This document shows, one piece after another, positions 18,315 through 26,670 of a DNA stretch of 55,187 nt. Numbering within the stretch: position 1 is the first letter of the stretch; each line of letters opens with the position of its first letter. The notes beneath the pieces are model-generated. The model did no database searches, was not told the DNA's origin, and saw nothing but the letters and a program-made list of their open reading frames with translations. Made by a program: the position numbers and the translations under genes. Origin of the DNA: Acidimicrobiales bacterium (GTDB lineage: Bacteria; Actinomycetota; Acidimicrobiia; Acidimicrobiales; Ilumatobacteraceae); contig CANIBN010000001.1 in the NCBI GenBank assembly GCA_947465505.1, positions 1 to 55,187 of the forward strand, given 5' to 3'.

Positions 18315-20387
18315 GTGGACCAGCAGCAGGACTACGGCACCGCACCTGCGGCAACGAGTTCGTTCCGACCCGACATCCAAGGCCTCCGAGCGATCGCCGT
18401 GCTCATCGTGGTCCTCTACCACGTCGGACTCGTCACGGGCGGCTACATCGGGGTCGACGTCTTCTTCGTCATCTCGGGGTTCCTGATGGGGGGCCTCCTG
18501 ATGCGCGAGGCGACCGAGACCGGGCGCGTGCGGCTGTGGAACTTCTTCTCACGCCGCGGTAAACGACTGCTTCCGGCGCTGGCCCTGACCACCGTCGCCA
18601 CCCTGCTGCTCGCGTCGACGCTCGGCCCCTTCGGTGAGGTGCTCGATGCCACTACGAGCACCGCTCGCGCTACGTCGACGTTCTTCGCGAACCTCCGGCT
18701 CTACAACCTGTCGGGCAACTATTTCGCCGGGGCGACGGAGAGCAACCCGCTCCTGCATACCTGGTCGCTCTCCGTCGAGGAGCAGTTCTACTTCGGCCTT
18801 CCTGCCCTGCTCGGCGCCGTGTGCCTGCTGTGCATCGGTCGTCGTCGATTCATCAAGCCGTGGTTCGTCGCCGCGCTGTCGGCGGTCTCCATCGTTTCGC
18901 TTGTGGTGAACGTCCTCATGGTCAACGGGCACTGGCGCGTGCACGGGATCTGGCGGCCGCAACAGTTCGCGTTCTTCCACCCCATCGCTCGTGTCTGGGA
19001 GTTTGCAGCGGGCGTTCTCCTTGCGGCATGGGCGTCCCGTACCGTTCGGACTCAGGCGCCCCCCACCACCACCGCCGCCCGCAGGGTCGCTCCTGCGCTT
19101 GCCGGGATCGCGATCATCTCGCTCATCGTGGGGACCGTGATGTTCGGCAAGGGCACCGCGTTCCCCGGGTACGCAGCAGTGCTCCCCGTTGCAGCGGCTG
19201 TGCTGCTGCTGCAGTTCGGGCGAGAGCTCGCTCCACTGCGCTGGCTCCTCGAGTGCCGGCCGGCAGTCTGGCTCGGCAATCTCAGCTATGGCTGGTACCT
19301 CTGGCACTGGCCCCTCATCGTCATCGCTCGATACCGGTGGGGCAACAATCGGCTCGCGCTCTGCCTCGCAGCGATCGTCGCGCTCGCGCTTGCGCTCGGC
19401 ACCTACCACGGCGTCGAGGAACCCTTCCGCCGCAATAAGCGAATCCGCGGTGTGTGGGCAGCGACCCTGATCATCGTGTGTGTGGGAGTTCCGTTCGGCG
19501 TGGCCCGACTTGTCAGCCGCGCAAACCTCAGCGAATGGACCGAACAACACCGCACGTACCTGTTGGGCCCAAACCCCGCCGTTCAGCCGAACGAACCATC
19601 GGCAGCAGCGAACGGCGGTCGCCTCCAGGTGCACTACTCGCCCTCGGGACCCGACGCAGCGAACGCCCCGCGTGTCGTGCTGCTCGGGGATTCCCACGCT
19701 CGCGGCATGACGAAAGCGTTCGGTGACCTCTTCGCGCCCGGCGGCGTCGAATTTGAGTCCGCGTTCAAGAACGGGTGCAATTTTCTCATCGGCCCGACAT
19801 CGGACCCGGACGCCTGCCTTAGCTGGCAGAAGCGCAACCTCGAGAAGCTGCTCGCAGACCCACCGGACGCAGTGATTCTTGCCGGTTATGTCACCGGTCG
19901 AGTCACCGGCGTCAAGCGAGGGCTGCCCTCGTGGTTCGGCGTGCACGACGAGCAGGGCAACCGGGCTGAGACCCCCGAGAGGGCTATGGCGCTCTACGAA
20001 CTCGGGCTGCGCAACGTGGTCGAGACCCTCAACAAACTGGGCACCACCGTGATCGTGATTTCCTCCGAGCCCGATTACGTGCACGGCCCGTTCGACGACA
20101 CCTCTCTGCTCGATCAGCTCCGGAACTCCGTGCGCCCCGGCAACTTCCGACAGAGTCTCGAGGCGGCTCGCGAACGCACCGCCGGTGTGCTGGCGATCGA
20201 ACGACGGATCGCCAAGGCCGCCGAGCGCATGATCGTTATCGATCCGATCCCTCTGCTCTGCGGAGCCGACTGCTCCCAATGGGTAGACGGGGAGTTGCTC
20301 TACCTCGACAACGACCATCTCACCTATGCAGGCGCCAAACGTCTGGCCGAGGCGCTGCTTCCCGTCCTGCAGGGCCTCCGGCGCTGA
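18315..20387 (+). CDS. Acyltransferase-3 family membrane protein with a C-terminal SGNH domain (OafA/YrhL-type O-acyltransferase)
   Basis: Reads RPDIQGLRAIAVLIVVLYHV followed by multiple TMs. The C-terminal domain has VVLLGDSHARGM (GDS block) and LDNDHLTYAG (DxxH block). Confidence 0.85.
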   Translation: MDQQQDYGTAPAATSSFRPDIQGLRAIAVLIVVLYHVGLVTGGYIGVDVFFVISGFLMGGLLMREATETGRVRLWNFFSRRGKRLLPALALTTVATLLLASTLGPFGEVLDATTSTARATSTFFANLRLYNLSGNYFAGATESNPLLHTWSLSVEEQFYFGLPALLGAVCLLCIGRRRFIKPWFVAALSAVSIVSLVVNVLMVNGHWRVHGIWRPQQFAFFHPIARVWEFAAGVLLAAWASRTVRTQAPPTTTAARRVAPALAGIAIISLIVGTVMFGKGTAFPGYAAVLPVAAAVLLLQFGRELAPLRWLLECRPAVWLGNLSYGWYLWHWPLIVIARYRWGNNRLALCLAAIVALALALGTYHGVEEPFRRNKRIRGVWAATLIIVCVGVPFGVARLVSRANLSEWTEQHRTYLLGPNPAVQPNEPSAAANGGRLQVHYSPSGPDAANAPRVVLLGDSHARGMTKAFGDLFAPGGVEFESAFKNGCNFLIGPTSDPDACLSWQKRNLEKLLADPPDAVILAGYVTGRVTGVKRGLPSWFGVHDEQGNRAETPERAMALYELGLRNVVETLNKLGTTVIVISSEPDYVHGPFDDTSLLDQLRNSVRPGNFRQSLEAARERTAGVLAIERRIAKAAERMIVIDPIPLLCGADCSQWVDGELLYLDNDHLTYAGAKRLAEALLPVLQGLRR

Positions 20388-20400
20388 TTACAGTGAGGCT

Positions 20401-21267
20401 GTGCGCTCGTTCGTAGCCGTCCAGCAGACCACCCGCCGATTGCTGTTTGTTGCGACGGCTATCGCTCTCACCGTGTCAGCCTGCGGATCGTCGTCCGGTT
20501 CGTCGACAAGCACCTCGAGCAACTCGGCGCCAGACTCGAGCGCTGCGCCGACTGTCGCTCCCGAAACGACCAACGCACCGGGCCTGCCCAGCCTCAATGC
20601 GTTCCGGCAGAACCCCAGCGATCGCCTGCCTGTCGATTCGGCACTCATCCGGTCCGGCTTCCCCTTCAAGGGAAAGAACGCCGTCACACCGCACTCTGGC
20701 GCACACATCGTGTTTGGCTCGGACTACGAGGACTGGCCGCAGGGCGGCACCGCTCCGACCAACTACCCGCCCATCTACGCCGTTGCCGATGGCATCGTGA
20801 GCCGCGTTACGGCGTCACTCGCCGTCGGCGAGAACGATCGCTACGGGGTGAACCTCAGCATCGCGGCCGACGGCACCGCCACCTACGACTTCGAGTACAG
20901 CATCGAACCCATGGTCAAGGAACCGTCGCCCGGTTTCTACCAGACCTTCATCACCGTGAAGCAGGGCGACCGTGTGAAGAAGGGTGATGTGATCGCCTAC
21001 ATGTACCTGCCGAAGGGCAGCGACGGCGCCCACATCCACTTCGAATTGATCAACAGCGCAACGCAGGCCTTCATGGCACCAGCGATCTTCAGCAAGGAAA
21101 CCGTCGCCGAGTTCTACGGCACCTGGAAGACCCAGGGGTTCGACAGCGCCGAGGGCTTCACGAACCCCATCCCTCCCTGTATCGGCTGGAAGGTTGCAGC
21201 CGAGGAGAACCCCCTCGAGAACACCGCGGTCGATTGCCTCACCTATCCGGCCGAATCGGGTGCCTAA
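20401..21267 (+). CDS. Lipoprotein with an M23 (LytM)-like C-terminal barrel
   Basis: A GTG start gives VRSFVAVQQTTRRLLFVATAIALTVSAC (lipobox). VKQGDRVKKGDVIAYMYLPKGSDGAHIHFEL resembles the M23 HxH region. I did not find a clean HxxxD motif. Confidence 0.5.
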   Translation: MRSFVAVQQTTRRLLFVATAIALTVSACGSSSGSSTSTSSNSAPDSSAAPTVAPETTNAPGLPSLNAFRQNPSDRLPVDSALIRSGFPFKGKNAVTPHSGAHIVFGSDYEDWPQGGTAPTNYPPIYAVADGIVSRVTASLAVGENDRYGVNLSIAADGTATYDFEYSIEPMVKEPSPGFYQTFITVKQGDRVKKGDVIAYMYLPKGSDGAHIHFELINSATQAFMAPAIFSKETVAEFYGTWKTQGFDSAEGFTNPIPPCIGWKVAAEENPLENTAVDCLTYPAESGA

Positions 21268-21392
21268 CCACCGCTGAGTCGGCACCCCAGTGAAGTTCGG
21301 TCCGGAAATTCTTCGTGTATTACCGTAATGCTCGAACCGAAACGGCGTTGAGTAGTCGTTCAATCACGCAGAGCGAGTAATCGGGGGCAACC

Positions 21393-23894
21393 ATGGGGGC
21401 AAACAGGAGCACGGGCATCCGGACGCGTTGGGCGGCAGTGGCAGTTGGGGCCGCGTCCTTGCTCGGAGTCGTGCTGGCCGGTTCGGCTGATGCCACGGTG
21501 CCTTCCGGAACCCCGTCGTGGACGAAGCAGTTCGGCACGAATACCGACGACCGTTTCTACGCCGTCGCGACCAACGCCTCGGGCCAGGTCTCTGCCACCG
21601 GCACCACCACGGGCTCGTTGCACGGCACAAACCTCGGGCAGACCGACGGGATCCTGGTGAGATACGACCTCAATGGTCGGCGCAAGTGGGCCCGGCAGTT
21701 CGGCACACCGGAGTACGACTACTCAATGGCCGTTGCCACGACTCGTTCGGGCGATACCTACGTGACGGGCTACACCTACGGCGGCTTCGGTGCGGCCAAT
21801 GCGGGGCCACTCGGCACCGAGGACGTATTCCTCGCGAAGTTCGACCGCACTGGCAACCGCAAGTGGGTCCGCCAGTTCGGCACCGTGGGCGATGACGAGG
21901 GTCTCGGCGTGGCGGTCACCTCGTCGGGTGACGTGTACATCGCGGGCACCACCATGGGCGACATCACCCCGGGAGACTTCTTCGACCCGCTCGGCGGCAA
22001 GGACCTCTTCCTCGCCAAGTACGACCGCAACGGTGTGCGCCAGTGGATCCATCAGGGCGGCTCGGCCGACCACGACAACGTGGGCGGCCTCGCAGTATCA
22101 ACGCTCATGAACACCGCGTACGTAGCGGGTGACACCTCGGGCACGATGCCGGGAGCGGCTCGTGAAGGCGACTACGACGGGTACCTCACATGGTTCAACC
22201 TCACCACCGGGATGGACGTCCGGTACCGCCAGTTCGGCACCCCAATGGGAGAGGCAGTGCACGGTGTGGCTGTCAACTCGGCCGGAGCGGCCTACGTCGT
22301 GGGTGACACCACTGGCGATCTCGCCGGAACCTCCGCAGGCGCACGCGATGCCTTTGTCGTGAAGTACGACGCGACGGGCACCCTGCGCTCGACCAACCAG
22401 TTCGGCACCTCAGCGTTCGACAGCATCCAGTCCGTCGCCATCGGCCCGAACGACCTCCTGTACGTCACGGGCTCCACGAACGGGAGCCTCGGGTCCCCGG
22501 TTGCCGGCGAGGGAGACATCTTCACCGCGCAACTGGACATCAGCGGCAACCGCCGCTGGCTCCATCAGTTCGGATCCCCTGCCACAGACTGGTCCTACGG
22601 CATCTCTGTCACACCGGTCGGCGACGTGCTCGTTGCCGCAAATACCAACGGCAACCTCGTCGGCACGAACCTCGGGACCGACTTCGACCTGGTGCTCGCG
22701 AAGTTCGGCAAGAACAGCAACAAGAGCTGGGGCAGCCAGTTCGGCTCCGCCAGCCTCGACCGTGCGTCCAGCATCTCTGCTGCGAGCAACGGTCGGGTCT
22801 TCGTGGCAGGGAGCACATTGGGCGACTTCGCCGACTTCTCTGCCGGATTGAACGACGCGTACTACCGGGTGTACTCGACTGACGGCGCAGTACTGCTCGA
22901 GAGCCAGTTCGGTACCGCCGCCGGTGATGAGGCAGTCGCTATCGGGGCGGCCGGGAACGGCGACTTCTACGTGATCGGCACGACCGACGGAACGCTCGGG
23001 TCGCAGGCCTACGGGGCAACAGACGGATTCATCCGCAAGTCGAGCGCCGACGGCACCGTGCTGTGGACCCGTCAGTTCGGAACGGACGGCAACGATCAGG
23101 TCGCCGCAGCGGTCGTCGCCCGGAACGGCGACGTGTACGTCGCTGGCTCCACCACCTCGGCCTTCGAGGGGGCGAACCTGGGGAGCACCGATGCGTTCCT
23201 CGGACGGTTCGACAAGGACGGCAACATCGTCTGGTTCCGCCAGTTCGGCACGGCAACCGACGACGCGCTTTCCGGTATCGCCCTCACACCCAACGGCGAT
23301 GCCTACGTGGTGGGAACCACCGGCGGCGTGCTCGGCGCCGCGAACCTCGGTGGCAACGACGCCATCGCCGCCCGCTACACCAAGTCGGGCACCCGGAAGT
23401 GGTTGCGCCAGTTCGGGACTGCCGCCGCCGACAGTTCGTATTCAGCGTCCGTCACATCCGGCGGCGACCTCTACATCTCGGGGTTCACTGAGGGTGCCTA
23501 CAGCGGCCAGACCCAGGTCGGTACGGCGGACGGAACACTCGTGAAGCTCAACCGCAACGGCACGCTGAAGTGGGCCCGGCAGTTCGGTGCTCCCGGCGTC
23601 GGGACCGAGGCCCTCGGAGTGGCGGTCACACGGTCCGGGAAGGTGTCCGTCGTGGGTTACACCGACGGCGATCTCGCCGGCGCTATCGGCGGAACCGACA
23701 CCTACCTCCTCCAGTACGACCGCAATGGCCGGCGGACCCGCTCCCGGCAGTACGGCACGGCGGGCAGCGAGGACTTCACGGCGGTTGCGGTGTCGTCGAG
23801 CGGCAACGTCTTCGCCACCGGATCCACGGGGAGCGACTTTGCCGGCCCCGCTTCCGGGAGCGCTGACGTGGTGGTGTTCCGCATCAGTTTCTGA
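21393..23894 (+). CDS. Secreted SBBP (beta-propeller) repeat protein, 14 repeats
   Basis: The signal peptide is MGANRSTGIRTRWAAVAVGAASLLGVVLAGSADA. It is followed by 14 units of about 57 aa, each with W.RQFGT..D....VA....G.VYV.G.T.G.L.G.N.G..D.FL.K.D..G. Confidence 0.8.
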   Translation: MGANRSTGIRTRWAAVAVGAASLLGVVLAGSADATVPSGTPSWTKQFGTNTDDRFYAVATNASGQVSATGTTTGSLHGTNLGQTDGILVRYDLNGRRKWARQFGTPEYDYSMAVATTRSGDTYVTGYTYGGFGAANAGPLGTEDVFLAKFDRTGNRKWVRQFGTVGDDEGLGVAVTSSGDVYIAGTTMGDITPGDFFDPLGGKDLFLAKYDRNGVRQWIHQGGSADHDNVGGLAVSTLMNTAYVAGDTSGTMPGAAREGDYDGYLTWFNLTTGMDVRYRQFGTPMGEAVHGVAVNSAGAAYVVGDTTGDLAGTSAGARDAFVVKYDATGTLRSTNQFGTSAFDSIQSVAIGPNDLLYVTGSTNGSLGSPVAGEGDIFTAQLDISGNRRWLHQFGSPATDWSYGISVTPVGDVLVAANTNGNLVGTNLGTDFDLVLAKFGKNSNKSWGSQFGSASLDRASSISAASNGRVFVAGSTLGDFADFSAGLNDAYYRVYSTDGAVLLESQFGTAAGDEAVAIGAAGNGDFYVIGTTDGTLGSQAYGATDGFIRKSSADGTVLWTRQFGTDGNDQVAAAVVARNGDVYVAGSTTSAFEGANLGSTDAFLGRFDKDGNIVWFRQFGTATDDALSGIALTPNGDAYVVGTTGGVLGAANLGGNDAIAARYTKSGTRKWLRQFGTAAADSSYSASVTSGGDLYISGFTEGAYSGQTQVGTADGTLVKLNRNGTLKWARQFGAPGVGTEALGVAVTRSGKVSVVGYTDGDLAGAIGGTDTYLLQYDRNGRRTRSRQYGTAGSEDFTAVAVSSSGNVFATGSTGSDFAGPASGSADVVVFRISF

Positions 23895-24013
23895 TGCGAA
23901 ACCCCTCCCACGCAGCGACCCGACGCGACTAGCGGTGGGGCCACCCCCCTGTGAGAGACTCTGACCACTTGCCGGCCACGGGGGTGTGCCGGCCGAGAGT
24001 CAGGGGAATACAG

Positions 24014-26602
24014 ATGTCGAACAGTGGATCTCAGCGTGAACTGGACGTCGTGGTGGTGGGTGCGGGCTTTGCCGGCATGTACCTCCTCTACAAGCTGCGC
24101 CCGCTCGGTTTCTCGGTCAAGGTCCTCGAGGCCGGCACCGACGTCGGCGGCACCTGGTTCTGGAACCGTTACCCGGGTGCCCGGGTGGACATCCAGAGCG
24201 TCGAGTACTCGATGACCTTCGATCCGGAGCTTGAGAAGGACTGGAAGTGGACGGAGAAGTACTCCCCCCAGCCCGAGCTGCTCAAGTACGCACAGCACAT
24301 CTCGGAGCGTTACGACCTCCGCAAGGACATCGAGTTCACCACCAAGGTGGAGTCGGCCAAGTGGGACGACAAGTCGGAGCGCTGGACCATCAAGACGTCC
24401 AAGGGCGACACGATCACCGCCAAGTACTACGTGATGGCCTCGGGAACTCTGTCGGTGCCGAAGGAAGTCGACATCGAAGGGACGAGCCGCTTCAAGGGCG
24501 CTACCTACCTCACGAGCCGTTGGCCGCACGAGGGCGTGGACTTCACGGGCAAGCGCGTTGCCGTCATCGGTACCGGTTCGTCCGCCATCCAGTCCATCCC
24601 GATCATCGCCTCGCAGGCCAAGTCGCTCACGGTGTTCCAGCGCACGCCGAACTTCTCGATCCCGGCCTACAACGGTCCGGTGCCCAAGGAAGTGCTCGAC
24701 GAGTACTGGTCGGACCGTGATGGCTTCCGTCAGGCCCAGCGTGAATCTGCCGCCGGCGTGAAGCACACCCCCACCACGGTGAGCGCCCTGAGCGTCAGCG
24801 ACGAAGAGCGCAACCGCATCTACGAAGCAGCGTGGGCAAAGAGCGGCCTTGTGGAGTTCCTCGGCTGCTTCGCCGACCACATGACCAACCCGGTCGCGAA
24901 CGAGTACCTCGCCGAGTTCGTGCGCAACAAGATCCGCGCCACCGTCAAGAATCCTGAGACGGCCGAGGACCTCTGCCCGAAGACGTACCCCATCGGCACC
25001 AAGCGCCTCTGTGTCGACACGAACTACTACGCCACCTACAACCTGCCGCACGTGCGCCTGGTGAACATCCGCAAGAACCCGCTGAAGACCATCACCGAGA
25101 CCGGAATCGACACGCAGGACGAATCGTTCGAGTTCGACGCCATCGTGTTCGCCACCGGCTTCGACGCTATGACTGGCGCCATGGTGAGCGTGGACATCGA
25201 GGGCCGCAACGGCAACACGCTGAAGTCGGCGTGGGAGGCCGGTCCGCACACGTACCTCGGCCTCATGTCCAAGGACTTCCCGAACCTGTTCATGGTCACC
25301 GGTCCGCAGAGCCCGTCGGTGCTCTCGAACATGATCATCTCCATCGAGCAGCACGTCGACTGGATCACCGACTGCCTCGTGAACCTGCGCAGCGACGGCT
25401 TCAGCACCATCGAGCCCACGCAGACCGCACAGGACGCCTGGGTGCAGCACACCAACGACTACGGCGACATCTCGATGATGTTCAAGGCCAACTCGTGGTA
25501 CGTCGGCGCAAACGTGCCCGGCAAGCCGCGCGTGTTCATGCCCTACGCCGGCGGCGTCGGGCCGTACCGCGCCACCTGCGACGAGGTCGTGAAGCGCGGC
25601 TACCTCGGCTTCGAGCGCAAGGGCCCGAAGGGTGCTGCAGTAAACGACGGCAAGATCAAGCAACTCATGCCTGACGTCGAGTTGTTGCTCCAGGCCATGG
25701 CCACGATGGACATTCCGCTCTTTGAGAGCATGTCGGCAGCCGATGCGCGTGCGTTCGGTGACACCATGAACACGGGTCGGCCGGCCGGACCCGAGATTGG
25801 CGAGATGGTCGACGGAACGCTTCCCGGTGCCGACGGCAGCCCGCTCGAGTACCGGATCTACCGCCCGAAGAGCAAGGGCCCGCACCCGGTCGTCGTGTAC
25901 TACCACGGCGGCGGTTGGGTGCTCGGCAGCGCCACCTCGGACGAGCCAATGATCCGGGATCTCGTCGACCGATCGGACGCGCTCATCGTTTCGGTGAACT
26001 ACCGCCACGCGCCCGAGGCGAAATTCCCCGCTGCAGCTGACGACGCGTTCGCCGCGTTGAAGTGGGTTGCCGACCACGTCGCAGAGATCGGTGGCATCCC
26101 CGGCAAGTTGGCCGTGGCCGGCTGGAGTGCCGGGGCCAACCTCGCTGCCGTGGTGAGCCAAGGTGCCCGCGACAACGCTGGTCCGGCGCTCTCCGGGCAG
26201 TTGCTGCTCACACCGGTCACAGACGGCAGCAAGCAGTGGCCCTCCTACACGGGCAACGGTGAGGGATTCATCCTCACCGAGAACCTCATGGACTGGTTCT
26301 GGGATCACTACGCCACCAAGGAACAGCGTCTCGACCCCAAGGCATCGCCGCTCCTCGCGAAGAGCCTCGCCGGACTGCCGCCGGCAACGGTGATCACAGC
26401 GGAATTCGACCCGCTGCGCGACGAGGGCGATGCCTACGCCGAGGCGCTTGCCAAGGCTGGCGTGAAGGTCAAGCACATCCGTGCCCGCGGCCACATGCAC
26501 ACCTCGCCGTCGATGGTCGACGTGCTTCCGTCGGGCGCAGCAGTTCGTGCCGAGATGGCCGCAGCAATCCGCGGCTTCTTCGGCGCCACCGTGCCCGCCT
26601 GA
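24014..26602 (+). CDS. Fusion protein: type I Baeyer-Villiger (flavin-containing) monooxygenase N-terminal domain plus HSL-family alpha/beta-hydrolase (esterase) C-terminal domain
   Basis: BVMO part: VVVGAGFAGM, GGTWFWNRYPGARVD, FKGATYLTSRWP...VIGTGSSAIQ and DAIVFATGFDAMTG. Esterase part, from about 25800: YYHGGGWVLGS, GWSAGANLA, DPLRDEG and RGHMH. It is one uninterrupted frame. ATG 24014 is preceded by AGGGGAA. Confidence 0.85.
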   Translation: MSNSGSQRELDVVVVGAGFAGMYLLYKLRPLGFSVKVLEAGTDVGGTWFWNRYPGARVDIQSVEYSMTFDPELEKDWKWTEKYSPQPELLKYAQHISERYDLRKDIEFTTKVESAKWDDKSERWTIKTSKGDTITAKYYVMASGTLSVPKEVDIEGTSRFKGATYLTSRWPHEGVDFTGKRVAVIGTGSSAIQSIPIIASQAKSLTVFQRTPNFSIPAYNGPVPKEVLDEYWSDRDGFRQAQRESAAGVKHTPTTVSALSVSDEERNRIYEAAWAKSGLVEFLGCFADHMTNPVANEYLAEFVRNKIRATVKNPETAEDLCPKTYPIGTKRLCVDTNYYATYNLPHVRLVNIRKNPLKTITETGIDTQDESFEFDAIVFATGFDAMTGAMVSVDIEGRNGNTLKSAWEAGPHTYLGLMSKDFPNLFMVTGPQSPSVLSNMIISIEQHVDWITDCLVNLRSDGFSTIEPTQTAQDAWVQHTNDYGDISMMFKANSWYVGANVPGKPRVFMPYAGGVGPYRATCDEVVKRGYLGFERKGPKGAAVNDGKIKQLMPDVELLLQAMATMDIPLFESMSAADARAFGDTMNTGRPAGPEIGEMVDGTLPGADGSPLEYRIYRPKSKGPHPVVVYYHGGGWVLGSATSDEPMIRDLVDRSDALIVSVNYRHAPEAKFPAAADDAFAALKWVADHVAEIGGIPGKLAVAGWSAGANLAAVVSQGARDNAGPALSGQLLLTPVTDGSKQWPSYTGNGEGFILTENLMDWFWDHYATKEQRLDPKASPLLAKSLAGLPPATVITAEFDPLRDEGDAYAEALAKAGVKVKHIRARGHMHTSPSMVDVLPSGAAVRAEMAAAIRGFFGATVPA

Positions 26603-26633
26603 GGTAACACCTCGGCAAACACCTCGTGCTTGC

Positions 26634-26670
26634 GGTCTGACAACCTGACCACCCGTTAGGTTGTCAGACC
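26634..26670. promoter_or_regulatory. Perfect 13-bp inverted repeat (GGTCTGACAACCT-N11-AGGTTGTCAGACC) abutting the start codon of the next gene
   Basis: Read directly from the sequence. The arms are 26634-26646 and 26658-26670, and the loop is GACCACCCGTT. The 3' arm contains the only AGG that could serve as a Shine-Dalgarno for GTG 26671 / ATG 26674. No U-tract follows. Confidence 0.5.

Noticed and set aside
21520-23890. 14-fold periodicity as a DNA tandem repeat or recombination hotspot
   Set aside because: The periodicity is at the protein level (SBBP blades). The nucleotide copies are diverged, and I found no long identical stretches.
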